DNA of 64,000 nt from Myxococcota bacterium. Its GTDB lineage: Bacteria; Myxococcota_A; Polyangia; Polyangiales; Sandaracinaceae. Location: positions 64,001 through 128,000 of the forward strand of contig JAYZQJ010000128.1 in the NCBI GenBank assembly GCA_036149055.1, written 5' to 3'. Below, piece by piece: positions 38,897 to 49,898 of the stretch; position 1 is the stretch's first letter, and every line of letters begins with the position of its first letter. The position numbers were made by a program, and so were the translations under genes. Below the pieces are notes generated by a model. It ran no database searches, had not been told where the DNA came from, and worked only from the letters and a program-made list of their open reading frames with translations.

Positions 38897-39832
38897 TCAC
38901 CAACCCGCGACCCAGGTGAGCGCGAGCCAGCTCGTGAGCGGGATGGTGACGATCGAGAGCACGGTGGTAGCGACGATGGCGCGGCTGGTCCGGGCGGCGC
39001 CCACGTCGAGCTGCTGCGCGATCGCGAAGGTGGTGATCGCGGCGGGCATCGCCGAGAGCAGGCCGAGGACCTGGGCCTGGGCCGGGGTCATCATGCCGGC
39101 GGCGTGGAACGCCCACGCGCCCGCGAAGGTGAGCGCCGGCAGGAGCAGGAGCTTCACCGCGAGGTGCGTGACGTCCGGGCCCTCGACCTTCCTCAGCCGC
39201 GCGCGGTGGGTGAAGAGGTAGAGCCCCAGGAGGAACAGCGCGACCGGCGCGGCGCTCCGACCGAGCGGGGCCACGACGGTGTCGACGAGCGCGCGCGCGT
39301 CGTCCGGCAGGTTGCGCGCGAGCAGCCCGGCCAGCGGCGCCCAGAGGAGCGGCTGCCGGACCACCCGGCCGAGGCTCGACGCGAGGCCGTCGCCGCGCCC
39401 GCTCCAGCGCAGGAGCAGCAGCGGCCCGACGCTCAGCGCGAGGGTGACGTGGATCGCGACCGCGACGCCGGCCAGCCCGACCGCGCTCTCTCCGAGCACC
39501 TTCTCGACGACGGGCAGGCCGAGGTACGCGACGTTGCCGAAGGCGACGATGAGCGCGAGGGTCGGCGCCTCCCGCGGAAAGAGGAGCCGGACGAGCGCCG
39601 CGCTGACCGCGAGCACCAGCGGCACCAGCAGCCAGAAGCCCAGCTCGCCGGGCAGGGTGAACGCGGCGTCGACGAGCCCGCGGAAGACGAGAGCGGGGAA
39701 CGCGAAGTAGAGCGCGTAGCGGTTGAGGTGGTCGACCGCGCCGTCGGGGTCGGGGAAGAGCCGGACCGCGCCGGCCAGCCCGCCGAGCGCGATCGGTGCG
39801 CCCAACGCGAGGGCCGCCAGCCAGAGCTCCAC
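38897..39832 (-). CDS. AEC (auxin efflux carrier) family transporter
   Basis: FAFPALVF, GNVAYLGLP, PVALFLLG, KLLLLP, AMPAA. Confidence 0.9.
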   Translation of the reverse strand: MELWLAALALGAPIALGGLAGAVRLFPDPDGAVDHLNRYALYFAFPALVFRGLVDAAFTLPGELGFWLLVPLVLAVSAALVRLLFPREAPTLALIVAFGNVAYLGLPVVEKVLGESAVGLAGVAVAIHVTLALSVGPLLLLRWSGRGDGLASSLGRVVRQPLLWAPLAGLLARNLPDDARALVDTVVAPLGRSAAPVALFLLGLYLFTHRARLRKVEGPDVTHLAVKLLLLPALTFAGAWAFHAAGMMTPAQAQVLGLLSAMPAAITTFAIAQQLDVGAARTSRAIVATTVLSIVTIPLTSWLALTWVAGW

Positions 39833-39862
39833 GCGGCCGGCGTGCCACGAACCCGGGCTGCG

Positions 39863-40135
39863 TCAACCGGTGGCCGCGCGCCGCCGGACGTGATGCTGGA
39901 GCACGCGGACCGATCGGAGCAGCTCGAGATCGTGGGGCAGCCGCGTCCGGGCCTGCTCGAGCCGCATCAGCAGATCGAGGTAGCGGCCGGCCTCGAGCAG
40001 GTAGACGACCTCCTCGCGGGACACGTGGTCCTCCCAGCGCCGCCGGACGCGGGGCTCCGACGGGCGCGGGACGCGGGGCCGGAGCATCTGGATGCCCGAC
40101 TCGCGCGGGGGGCTCTGGTCGTGGTCTCGGCTCAT
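39863..40135 (-). CDS. Small hypothetical protein
   Basis: 90-aa ORF co-oriented with its neighbours. Confidence 0.5.
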   Translation of the reverse strand: MSRDHDQSPPRESGIQMLRPRVPRPSEPRVRRRWEDHVSREEVVYLLEAGRYLDLLMRLEQARTRLPHDLELLRSVRVLQHHVRRRAATG

Positions 40136-40213
40136 GCTGCGGTCCGTTCTCGGCGACTGCCGTCTGCGAGGACAGAACGGTAGAGCCGGACGGACCTTGA
40201 GGGGATTCTCCCC

Positions 40214-42148
<1,935 letters not shown>

Positions 42149-42178
42149 CCCCGGATGCCCCGGTACCCGGTGGGGACC

Positions 42179-43267
42179 CTAGCGCACCTCGCAGCAGCGG
42201 AAGCCGGTGCTCGCGTTGGCGAACGTGCGCGGAAGATCGTTGGGATAGTTGCACTGACCTTCGAACGCGTCGTTGTCGAGGTAGGCCCCGCCCACCGCCA
42301 GGCAGCGCGCGTCCATCGCGGTGTTCGACGTGCAGCCGTTGAGCCACTCGCGCACGTTGCCGGTGAGGGCGAGCACCCCCTCGTAGCCGGGCACCGACGA
42401 CTGGCACCCGGTCAGGCTCTCGACGTCCGCGCTCGCGCCGCGATCGGTGAAGTTGCACTCGGTGTCGGCGGTGCGCGAGCTGTCCCCCGTCGGGTAGAGG
42501 AACATGCCGCCGGAGCTGCAGGCGTTGTACCAGGGGCTCGCGCTCGCGTCGGAGAAGCTGCCCATCGGCAGGGCGGAGTCGCCCGCGTAGCGGCCGCACA
42601 GTCGCTTCCCGACCGCGGCGCAGTAGGCGTAGGCGTCACACCAGTCGACGCAGGTCTGAGGGCGCTGCGCGCAGCCCGCTCCGGTGCAGTCGAACCCGGC
42701 GGCGACGCACGCCGCGTCCGGGCGCAGGTCCGTGTTCCAGGCGCAGCCGGGCCCGATGAGCGCGCCGGCCGGCGTCGGGCTCGTCTCGAGCCAGGTCTCG
42801 TACTGGATGCGAGAGACTTCGAACGCGTCGATCCCGTAGGTGCCCCCGGAGGGCACCGGCACCTGCACGAGCTCCGTGACCGGCGGGCAGACGTCGCGGC
42901 CCGGCACACAGCTCGTGACCTGGCAGGCGGCGCCGTCGTCACAGCACGCCTGACCGGGAGCGCCGCACGGCTGACACCCCTCGAGGGTGCAGTTGGCGCC
43001 GCTCACGCACGCCGGTCGCGGCGCGTCGCAGCACGCCTCCCCGATCTGCCCGCAGGCGCCCGACCCGGCGTCGCGGCCGGCGTCGACCGCGGCGTCGACC
43101 GCGGCGTCGCGGCCCGCGTCGACGTCGGCGCCGGCGTCGACCGGCGATCCGGCGTCAGCCGGCCCGGCGTCGTCGACGTAGCTCAGCCGGTCGGGGTCGA
43201 AGAGGGCGGTGCACCCGCTCACCGCGAGGGCCGCGAAGAGAGCGCCGACGATCGTGATGCGCTTCAC
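42179..43267 (-). CDS. FGE-sulfatase (SUMF1-like) domain lipoprotein
   Basis: VSGC lipobox, DAG linker; IDAFEVS, VDWCDAYAYC...GKRLC, GNVREW, GFRCC. Confidence 0.85.
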   Translation of the reverse strand: MKRITIVGALFAALAVSGCTALFDPDRLSYVDDAGPADAGSPVDAGADVDAGRDAAVDAAVDAGRDAGSGACGQIGEACCDAPRPACVSGANCTLEGCQPCGAPGQACCDDGAACQVTSCVPGRDVCPPVTELVQVPVPSGGTYGIDAFEVSRIQYETWLETSPTPAGALIGPGCAWNTDLRPDAACVAAGFDCTGAGCAQRPQTCVDWCDAYAYCAAVGKRLCGRYAGDSALPMGSFSDASASPWYNACSSGGMFLYPTGDSSRTADTECNFTDRGASADVESLTGCQSSVPGYEGVLALTGNVREWLNGCTSNTAMDARCLAVGGAYLDNDAFEGQCNYPNDLPRTFANASTGFRCCEVR

Positions 43268-44028
43268 AGCGTCCCCCGAACCTGGATGCCGCAGCCGGTG
43301 GGCCCACACCCCGCCGAGACGGCCGGCGGAGCCTCGTGGGTGTCTCGGAGCAGGAGGGTCAGGACGAGGCCGGTGCCCGCGGCGACGGCGCCGCTGATCC
43401 AGAGCACGTCGGTGGCGATCGCGAGCCCGTGCACGCTCTCGGCCTGGGCGCGCGAAGACGCCGGGCACACCCCGTCGGTGCAGGTCGCGAGCAGGGCGTC
43501 GTTCTCCGCCGCGAGGACCCCGGCGGTGATGGCGGCGGCCAGGAGGATCGCGCCTCCGCCTCCCAGGACGATCGGACCGACGGGGGACATCGTCGTCGTG
43601 GGCGCGGCGTCGGTCCCGGGCCCTGCGCCGGCTCGCGCCGCCACCTCGAGCCGCAGGTCGAGCTCGCGGATGCGGGACTGCACGAGCGCGATGCGCGCCC
43701 CGGTCTGGTCCTCCGCCGCCAGCGCCCCTTCGAGGTAGCCGGCGTAGGCGTCCCGCGCGTCCTGCTCCCGGCCGCGGATCTCGTCGAGCGAGGTGCCGAC
43801 GTTGAAGAGGATCATCCAGGCGTTGGGCATGCCCCCCTCGCGCATCAGCCCGTACGCCCGCTCGAACGCCTCGGCGGCGAGGAGGAAGCGGCCGTCGTCG
43901 AAGTGAGCCCGCCCCTCCTCGAAGGCCTGGCGGGCGGGGTCCGAGCCGTCGGCGGCGGCCTGGGCGGCGGCGAGGGACGGCGCGAGCGCGAAGCCGAGCA
44001 CCGCCAACGAGAGAAGGATCAGACGCAT
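43264..44028 (-). CDS. Secreted TPR-containing protein with hydrophobic C-terminus
   Basis: Signal peptide; AFEEGR...FERAY...FNVG TPR-like segment; GTGA coupling to the downstream gene. Confidence 0.75.
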   Translation of the reverse strand: MRLILLSLAVLGFALAPSLAAAQAAADGSDPARQAFEEGRAHFDDGRFLLAAEAFERAYGLMREGGMPNAWMILFNVGTSLDEIRGREQDARDAYAGYLEGALAAEDQTGARIALVQSRIRELDLRLEVAARAGAGPGTDAAPTTTMSPVGPIVLGGGGAILLAAAITAGVLAAENDALLATCTDGVCPASSRAQAESVHGLAIATDVLWISGAVAAGTGLVLTLLLRDTHEAPPAVSAGCGPTGCGIQVRGTL

Positions 44029-44130
44029 GAGATCGAGCACCCCCGAAGTGGGGCAGACATTGACCAGCGGGGGTCGAGAACGCAAGCGCACCCACCGGCT
44101 CCGGCGCGAGCCGCGTGATAGCCTCGACGC

Positions 44131-44967
44131 GTGATTCGCCGCGCCGTCCTCTTCGCCTGCTTCGCCCTCCTCGCCGCCTGCAACGAGCCCTCGACGCCGC
44201 CCGTCGACGGAGCCGTGGCGCTCGACGCGACCGCGCTCGACGCGGGCCCGCTCGACGCCGGCCCCGAGCCCGACGCCGGCCCGCTCGACGCCGGCCGAGA
44301 CGCCTCCACGCTCGACGCGGGCACCGACGCGGGCCCGGTGGACGCGGGGCCGCCGGTCGAGGGCACCATCTCGGGGAGCTGCGACGAGATCGACACCGAG
44401 CTGCTCGACCCGATGGCGTTCCGGTTCGAGAACGAGATCACCTTCCCGGTCCGCCTGATGGAGTCCGACCTCGAGCACTTCCAGGAGGGCACCCGCCAGG
44501 TGCTCTCCGACGGCACGGTCGGCGGGAGCAGCGTCTACAGCGAGGCGATGTCGTTCGAGGTCCTGGCGCGCTGCGAAGGCGCGACCCTGCTCGCGAGCGA
44601 GCCCTTCATTCGCTACATGGACGAGAGCGGCACCCGCACCGACCTGCTGGTCGAGATCGAGGGCAGCCGGGTCGGGGTGAGCGTCACCCGCGCCGTCCAC
44701 TTCCCGCGCGCCGACCCCTACCCGCTCTCCGAGGCCCAGCGCCTCCTGATGCGCAAGCTCGAGGACATCCAGGAGAGCACCGCCAACGTCGACGCGCGCG
44801 ACCGCTGGGTGAAGCAGATCCTCCACGTGATGGCCTACGCCCCCATGCACGCCGACATGTTCCGCATGGCCTGGGAGATGACCCCGGTCGAGATGCGCGG
44901 CGACACGATCCTCCTCGTGACCGTGACCCACGGCGAGGACGAGTTCATCTACGACAACGAGCTCTGA
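44131..44967 (+). CDS. Lipoprotein with AAC4-like domain
   Basis: LAAC lipobox, LDAG linker; GGSSVYSEAMSFEVL...TD...GVSVTRA...RKL...WVKQILHV. Family recalled from memory. Confidence 0.65.
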   Translation: MIRRAVLFACFALLAACNEPSTPPVDGAVALDATALDAGPLDAGPEPDAGPLDAGRDASTLDAGTDAGPVDAGPPVEGTISGSCDEIDTELLDPMAFRFENEITFPVRLMESDLEHFQEGTRQVLSDGTVGGSSVYSEAMSFEVLARCEGATLLASEPFIRYMDESGTRTDLLVEIEGSRVGVSVTRAVHFPRADPYPLSEAQRLLMRKLEDIQESTANVDARDRWVKQILHVMAYAPMHADMFRMAWEMTPVEMRGDTILLVTVTHGEDEFIYDNEL

Positions 44968-44995
44968 GGCTCGGGCTCTCCTGTGGGCGGCGCGC

Positions 44996-45370
44996 TCAGG
45001 CCACGCGGGTGGCGGTGGCGAGCTGGCGGGCGGCGCGGGAGGCGACCTCGGCCCGGGCGAGGAAGCGGAGGCGGCGGCCGAGGGGCTCCGCCTCGAAGCG
45101 CGCCGCGTACATGCGGGCGTCGTCGATGGCGCGGCGCTGGGCCGCGTTGACGGCGGCGAGGTTGAACATCGCCTCCCGGGCCGACGCGCCCGGCTGGGGG
45201 GTGAAGAGGAGGCGCTCGATCGCCGCGCGCTCCTCCTCGAGGCCCGCCCGCCACGACGCCATCGCCCCGGGGAGGCGGATCTCGGTGCCGTACCGGCTGG
45301 GTACCGGGAGGCTCTCGGCGCAGGCGAGCAGCTCCACGAGCTCCGCGAGGGGCGTCATGCCGACCGCCAA
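44996..45370 (-). CDS. Hypothetical protein
   Basis: 124-aa ORF that looks helical. Confidence 0.5.
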   Translation of the reverse strand: MAVGMTPLAELVELLACAESLPVPSRYGTEIRLPGAMASWRAGLEEERAAIERLLFTPQPGASAREAMFNLAAVNAAQRRAIDDARMYAARFEAEPLGRRLRFLARAEVASRAARQLATATRVA

Positions 45371-45404
45371 CGACGGAACCCCCCAACCCTGAAGGACCCG
45401 CCGG

Positions 45405-45932
45405 TCAGCAGCCGTCGACGCGACCGCCGCGAGCGGCGACGCGGGTGCAGATGCAGGAGCGCTCCGCCGGCGTGGCGCAGTAGCCGACGCTGCTCCCGTC
45501 GGGCCGCAGGCACTCGCGCCCGCCGCTGCACGGGGTCATCGCGAAGCCGCCGCACTCCGGCAGGAAGTCGGCGCAGAAGGCGTCGCCCGGGGTCGCGCCG
45601 GTGAAGCAGCGGTCACCGTCGTCGCAGGGGCTGGTGTCGCCGCAGGCGTCGCCCACCGTGCAGACCATGCCGGCGTCCGCCAGGCCCGCGTCGCCCGGGC
45701 CGGCGTCCTCGGGTCCCGCGTCGGCCATCACGCCGGAGTCCGGCTCCGCGCCCGCGTCGTCGTCCACGCCGGCGTCGTCGTCCGCGCCAGCGTCGTCCGC
45801 GCCGGCGTCACTCGGCCCCGCGTCGACGGTCGCGTCCATGCCCGGGCCGGCGTCGGCGCCGGCGTCGTCGGTGCCCGCGTCGCCGCCGCAGGCCGTCAGG
45901 AGAATCGCGCTGATGAGAATTCGAGTAAGCAA
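45405..45932 (-). CDS. Small Cys-rich lipoprotein with DDAG linker
   Basis: LTAC lipobox; DAG repeats; Cys-rich C-terminal domain. Confidence 0.7.
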   Translation of the reverse strand: MLTRILISAILLTACGGDAGTDDAGADAGPGMDATVDAGPSDAGADDAGADDDAGVDDDAGAEPDSGVMADAGPEDAGPGDAGLADAGMVCTVGDACGDTSPCDDGDRCFTGATPGDAFCADFLPECGGFAMTPCSGGRECLRPDGSSVGYCATPAERSCICTRVAARGGRVDGC

Positions 45933-46007
45933 GTAGACCTCCAGAGCCGGAGATCTGACGTGCGGGGGATCGCGCGCCCAGCGCCCGCCCGGAGTTCGCT
46001 CACGGTC

Positions 46008-46715
46008 TCAGATCGGGGTGATGAGGGAAGCGAGCGCGCCGCCTCGGACCGGGGCGACGCCGACGATGACCGGCAGGGTGCCGCCGCCGTTGGCGTGGCC
46101 GATCTCGTAGCCGAGGATCGCGCCGACGAGCGGCAGGAGGCCGGCGGCGACCAGGGCGGCGGCGAGCTCGTCCTGGTCGAGGGCGAGGACCACGAACGGG
46201 AGCGCGGCGGCGCCGCCGAGGATCTGCCCGAGGAAGGCGTGCCCGAAGTTGCCGCGCCCGCCGGTGAGGTGCGCGGCGAGGGTCACGCCAGCGGTGACGC
46301 TCAGCGCGCCGAGCACGGTCCCGGCGCCGACGGCGAGCACGAGCCAGTCGCCGGTGAGGTTCTCCTCGAACGCCGCCCAGATGATGGCGGTCCCGGCGCC
46401 GCCGCCGACCACCGCGCCGAGGAGACCGCCGCCCAGCTCGCCGAGCAGGCGCCCCACGTCGCGGTTCACGTCCCCCGCGAGCATCACGTCCGGGGGCGCG
46501 TCGTCGTGTCCGAGGTACGGATCCGGCGGCTCCGGAGGCCGGCGCCCGACCGAGCGCCCGTCGGCGCGCCCGACCTCTCGCGAGGCCCAGCGGATCACGT
46601 CTGCGTCGCTGACGTCCGGGTCCGCGATCGTGAAGTCGCCGGTGATCGGCTCGAGCTGCGCGGCCGCGGTCGCCGGCGCGGCGAGCATCACGACGGCGAA
46701 GAGCCCCACCCTCAT
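46008..46715 (-). CDS. Gly-rich membrane protein with signal peptide
   Basis: Signal AAA-Q; several Gly-rich hydrophobic segments. Confidence 0.65.
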   Translation of the reverse strand: MRVGLFAVVMLAAPATAAAQLEPITGDFTIADPDVSDADVIRWASREVGRADGRSVGRRPPEPPDPYLGHDDAPPDVMLAGDVNRDVGRLLGELGGGLLGAVVGGGAGTAIIWAAFEENLTGDWLVLAVGAGTVLGALSVTAGVTLAAHLTGGRGNFGHAFLGQILGGAAALPFVVLALDQDELAAALVAAGLLPLVGAILGYEIGHANGGGTLPVIVGVAPVRGGALASLITPI

Positions 46716-46752
46716 GGGTTCAGCATGGGGGATCCGAGCCGGCCTGGGAAGC

Positions 46753-47706
46753 TCAGCGCGAGAGGCCGCCGGCGGAGGGCTCGAGCGTGCCGTGGCGCTC
46801 GAGGAAGCTCAGCGCCGCCTCGCTGGCTTCGGGGGAGGCGAGCGCGCCGGCGTGGTCGGCGCCGGGCAGGGTGTGGAGGGCGCAGCGGCCGCCGCAGGCG
46901 CGGTAGAGGGCGCGGGCGTGCGCGTAGGGGACGACGCGGTCTTCGCGGCCGTGGATGAGGAGGACGCGGGCGTCGGTGCGGGCGACGGCGGCGCGGGTGT
47001 CGGCCGCGTCGGGGGAGAAGCCGCCGAGCGCCCCGGCGTCGTCGACGATCCAGTCGAGCACCGCCTGCGGCAGCCACGAGCCACCGAAGACGTGCGCCGA
47101 CGCCTGCGGGGGCACCACGTCGCGGAGGGAGGCGAAGGTCGAGGAGCTGACCACCGCGTGGACCCGGGGGTCGATCGCCGCGAGCTGGAGCCCCACCGCG
47201 CCGCCGTACGACGCGCCGAACACGCTGACGGGGCCGTCGAGCACGCCGACCGCCTCGAGCTGGTCGAGGAGCTGAGACAGATCCCGGCTCTCGCGCACCC
47301 CGTAGGTGAGCCAGCGGCCGCTCGAGCCGCCGTGTCCGCGCAGATCCACCAGCACCGCCCGCATGCCGCGGTCTCGGAGCGCCCGCCCGAACCCGACCAG
47401 CGCGCGCTTGTCGTCCCGGATGCCGTGCAGCACGAGCGTGGTCCCGCGCGGCGGGCCCTCCGGGTCGAAGACCCAGGCCTCGAGCATCGCGCGGGGCGGA
47501 CCGACCTCGGCCCGAATCGCACGTGAGACGTCCGCCGGCGGCTCGAGCATCGCGACCTCGGACTGGCCGTAGTTCGGCGCCTTCACGATGGCCCAGGCGC
47601 CGGCGACCCGGACGCGCCCGGCCGCCAGGAGCGCCAGCCCCAGGGCGATCGCGAGCAGCGCCCACTTGCGGGGCCAGCTCGCACCGGTGCGTCTCGATTC
47701 CCCCAT
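46753..47706 (-). CDS. Membrane-anchored alpha/beta hydrolase
   Basis: LHG, DLRGHGGS, GASYGG, HGRED, GADH. Confidence 0.9.
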   Translation of the reverse strand: MGESRRTGASWPRKWALLAIALGLALLAAGRVRVAGAWAIVKAPNYGQSEVAMLEPPADVSRAIRAEVGPPRAMLEAWVFDPEGPPRGTTLVLHGIRDDKRALVGFGRALRDRGMRAVLVDLRGHGGSSGRWLTYGVRESRDLSQLLDQLEAVGVLDGPVSVFGASYGGAVGLQLAAIDPRVHAVVSSSTFASLRDVVPPQASAHVFGGSWLPQAVLDWIVDDAGALGGFSPDAADTRAAVARTDARVLLIHGREDRVVPYAHARALYRACGGRCALHTLPGADHAGALASPEASEAALSFLERHGTLEPSAGGLSR

Positions 47707-47775
47707 TCAGGCCGTCCCTACGTCACGACTCTCTTGGGTATTTCACCCTTGGGTCCTCGTGTATGCTCGGAGGCC

Positions 47776-48660
47776 GTGCCCGTCCCGCCGCCCTTCGATC
47801 CCGCGTCGCTCCCGCCCGGCACCACCCTGGGTGGAAAGTACGAGCTCGGCGCGCCCGTGGGCTGGGGAGAGCACTCGGTGGTCTACGTGGCGACGCACCG
47901 CCTGCTCGAGCGCAAGGCGGCGGTGAAGATCCTCGCCAAGACCGACGAGGACTCGGAGAAGCGCTTCGCCCGGGAGGCCCGCCTGGCTGGCTCGCTCAGC
48001 GCGCCGAACATCGTCGAGGTCTACGAGATCGGCCGCATGGACGACGGCCGCGCCTACATGGCGATGGAGTACCTCGAGGGCGAGACCCTCGAGGACCGGC
48101 TCGAGCGTCAGGGACCGTTCTCGATCCACGACGCGATGAGCTACGGGCAGCAGCTCCTGCACGCGCTCGCCGTGGCCCACGACGCCCAGATCGTGCACCG
48201 CGATCTCCGGCCGCAGAACGTCTTCATGGCGCAGATCCGGGGCGAGGAGGTGCTGAAGATCCTCGACTTCGGGATCTCGCGCCGCTTCGGCAACGCCAGC
48301 GACTCGCTCCTGACCAAGCCGGGCGAGTTCCTCGGGAGCGCCGGCTTCCTCGCACCCGAGCAGCTCTACGAGGACGGGGTCATCGACCACCGGACCGATC
48401 TCTACGCGGTGGGCGTGCTGCTCTATCGCCTGCTGACCGGGCGGCTGCCGTTCGAGGGCAAGGGCTCGATGCTGCTGCTCCAGGTGGCCGAGAAGATGCC
48501 GCCCCCGCCGAGCCAGCACCGCAAGGAGCTGACCCCCGACGTCGATCGCGTGATCCTCACCGCCCTCTCCAAGGACAAGGAGAGCCGGTTCGCCGACGCC
48601 GAAGGCATGGCCGAGGCCCTGCGCCTGACCTCGCTCTTCGCCCAATACGTCAGCGAGTAG
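47776..48660 (+). CDS. Stand-alone Ser/Thr kinase domain with atypical motifs
   Basis: AVK, HRDLRPQN, DFG, APE; GTG 47776 follows GGAGG. Confidence 0.88.
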   Translation: MPVPPPFDPASLPPGTTLGGKYELGAPVGWGEHSVVYVATHRLLERKAAVKILAKTDEDSEKRFAREARLAGSLSAPNIVEVYEIGRMDDGRAYMAMEYLEGETLEDRLERQGPFSIHDAMSYGQQLLHALAVAHDAQIVHRDLRPQNVFMAQIRGEEVLKILDFGISRRFGNASDSLLTKPGEFLGSAGFLAPEQLYEDGVIDHRTDLYAVGVLLYRLLTGRLPFEGKGSMLLLQVAEKMPPPPSQHRKELTPDVDRVILTALSKDKESRFADAEGMAEALRLTSLFAQYVSE

Positions 48661-49054
48661 CGGCCTGGCAGCCCAGCGTCACCGTCACGTGGCCGTCGAC
48701 GCCGGCGGTCCCGAGGCTCAACGTCGCCGCGTGCTCCTCGACCCGGCCGTCCCGCACCCGGCAGGACGCGGTGGAGGTCACCGTCGCCTCCCCGCGCCGG
48801 CAGGCGAGCACCCGCTGCACCGACCAGTCGCCCTCGCCGATCGCGGCGTGCCGAGGCCTGGCGTAGCCGCAGCGCCAGGGCGAGTCGCCGAGCTCGATCG
48901 CGCCGGGCTCGGCCGAGACGACCTCGCGCCGCGACGGTCGGCCCGGGCCGCCGACGAAGGTCGTCCACTCGATCGCGTCGGGCGACGAGGGCGTCTGCGC
49001 CATGGCGGGCGCGGCGAGGGCCAGGCCGAGGAGTGGGGCGAGCAGGCGGCGCAT
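48650..49054 (-). CDS. Secreted hypothetical protein
   Basis: Signal peptide AMA-Q; 4 Cys. Confidence 0.6.
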   Translation of the reverse strand: MRRLLAPLLGLALAAPAMAQTPSSPDAIEWTTFVGGPGRPSRREVVSAEPGAIELGDSPWRCGYARPRHAAIGEGDWSVQRVLACRRGEATVTSTASCRVRDGRVEEHAATLSLGTAGVDGHVTVTLGCQAATR

Positions 49055-49144
49055 GGAGGGAGGGTGAGGGGTTCCGGGGTGGCTCGTCGAGATCGACGCG
49101 GTTCCGACTGGAACATTCGCCGAATTGGCGTCGTAATGTGAGGC

Positions 49145-49552
49145 ATGACGTCGCTCTCGCCCTGGCTGAAGCCCACCCTCCTCGGTCCGCTCATCGTGCT
49201 CTGGTCGCTGATCACCCTCGGCGCGGTGCTCGGCAGCATGCCCACCATCGCCGGCGAGCGCCTCGACGGCTGGCTGATCGGCATGCTCTGGATGAGCTTC
49301 TTCGGCAGCGGCCTCGGCGTCCTGCTCATCGGCGTCGACGTCCTGCTGCTCAAGCTGAAGTGGCGTCAGCTCCCCACGGGCGGCCGCGCGTGGATCAGCT
49401 CCTGCCTCACCCCGATGGCCGTCTTCTTCATCTGGACGCTGCCCTTCTGGCCTCCGCCCGAGTCCGTGGTCGGCCTCTTCGTCTTCCTCGTGACCCCGAT
49501 GCTCGCCGCCGCCTTCGCCCTGCGCTTGCTCTTCAGCGCCCGCGTGGCCTGA
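49145..49552 (+). CDS. Small 4-TM membrane protein
   Basis: Four hydrophobic segments. Confidence 0.65.
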   Translation: MTSLSPWLKPTLLGPLIVLWSLITLGAVLGSMPTIAGERLDGWLIGMLWMSFFGSGLGVLLIGVDVLLLKLKWRQLPTGGRAWISSCLTPMAVFFIWTLPFWPPPESVVGLFVFLVTPMLAAAFALRLLFSARVA

Positions 49553-49561
49553 GCTGCGACC

Positions 49562-49798
49562 TCACGCGCTGGTCTTCTTCTTCGAGCGCAGGTCTCCGAA
49601 GATCGTCCAGACGAGGAGCAGGACGCCGAGGGAGGCGAGGATGCGCCAGCTCCAGAGGGCCTGGGCGTCGCGATCGCCCCGGAGCCCGTCGACCGCGTCG
49701 AGGAACGGCACGAGCAGCCACTCGTTGTCGTGCGTGTCGTTGAACCACCAGACGTAGGCGGCGGCGGCGAAGAAGACGACCGGGACGAGGTAGCGCAT
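49562..49798 (-). CDS. Small 2-TM membrane protein
   Basis: MRYLVPVVFFAAAAYVWW... with a basic tail; trimmed from a longer ORF antisense to aspS. Confidence 0.55.
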   Translation of the reverse strand: MRYLVPVVFFAAAAYVWWFNDTHDNEWLLVPFLDAVDGLRGDRDAQALWSWRILASLGVLLLVWTIFGDLRSKKKTSA

Positions 49799-49898
49799 CG
49801 CGCACGCATCATAGCGGAGGTGACGGAGGGGGTGTCGTGCGGTAGACCCTCCTCCCCGGGAAGGGCCCGGGCACACGCGAGAGATCGAGGAGGAGACC

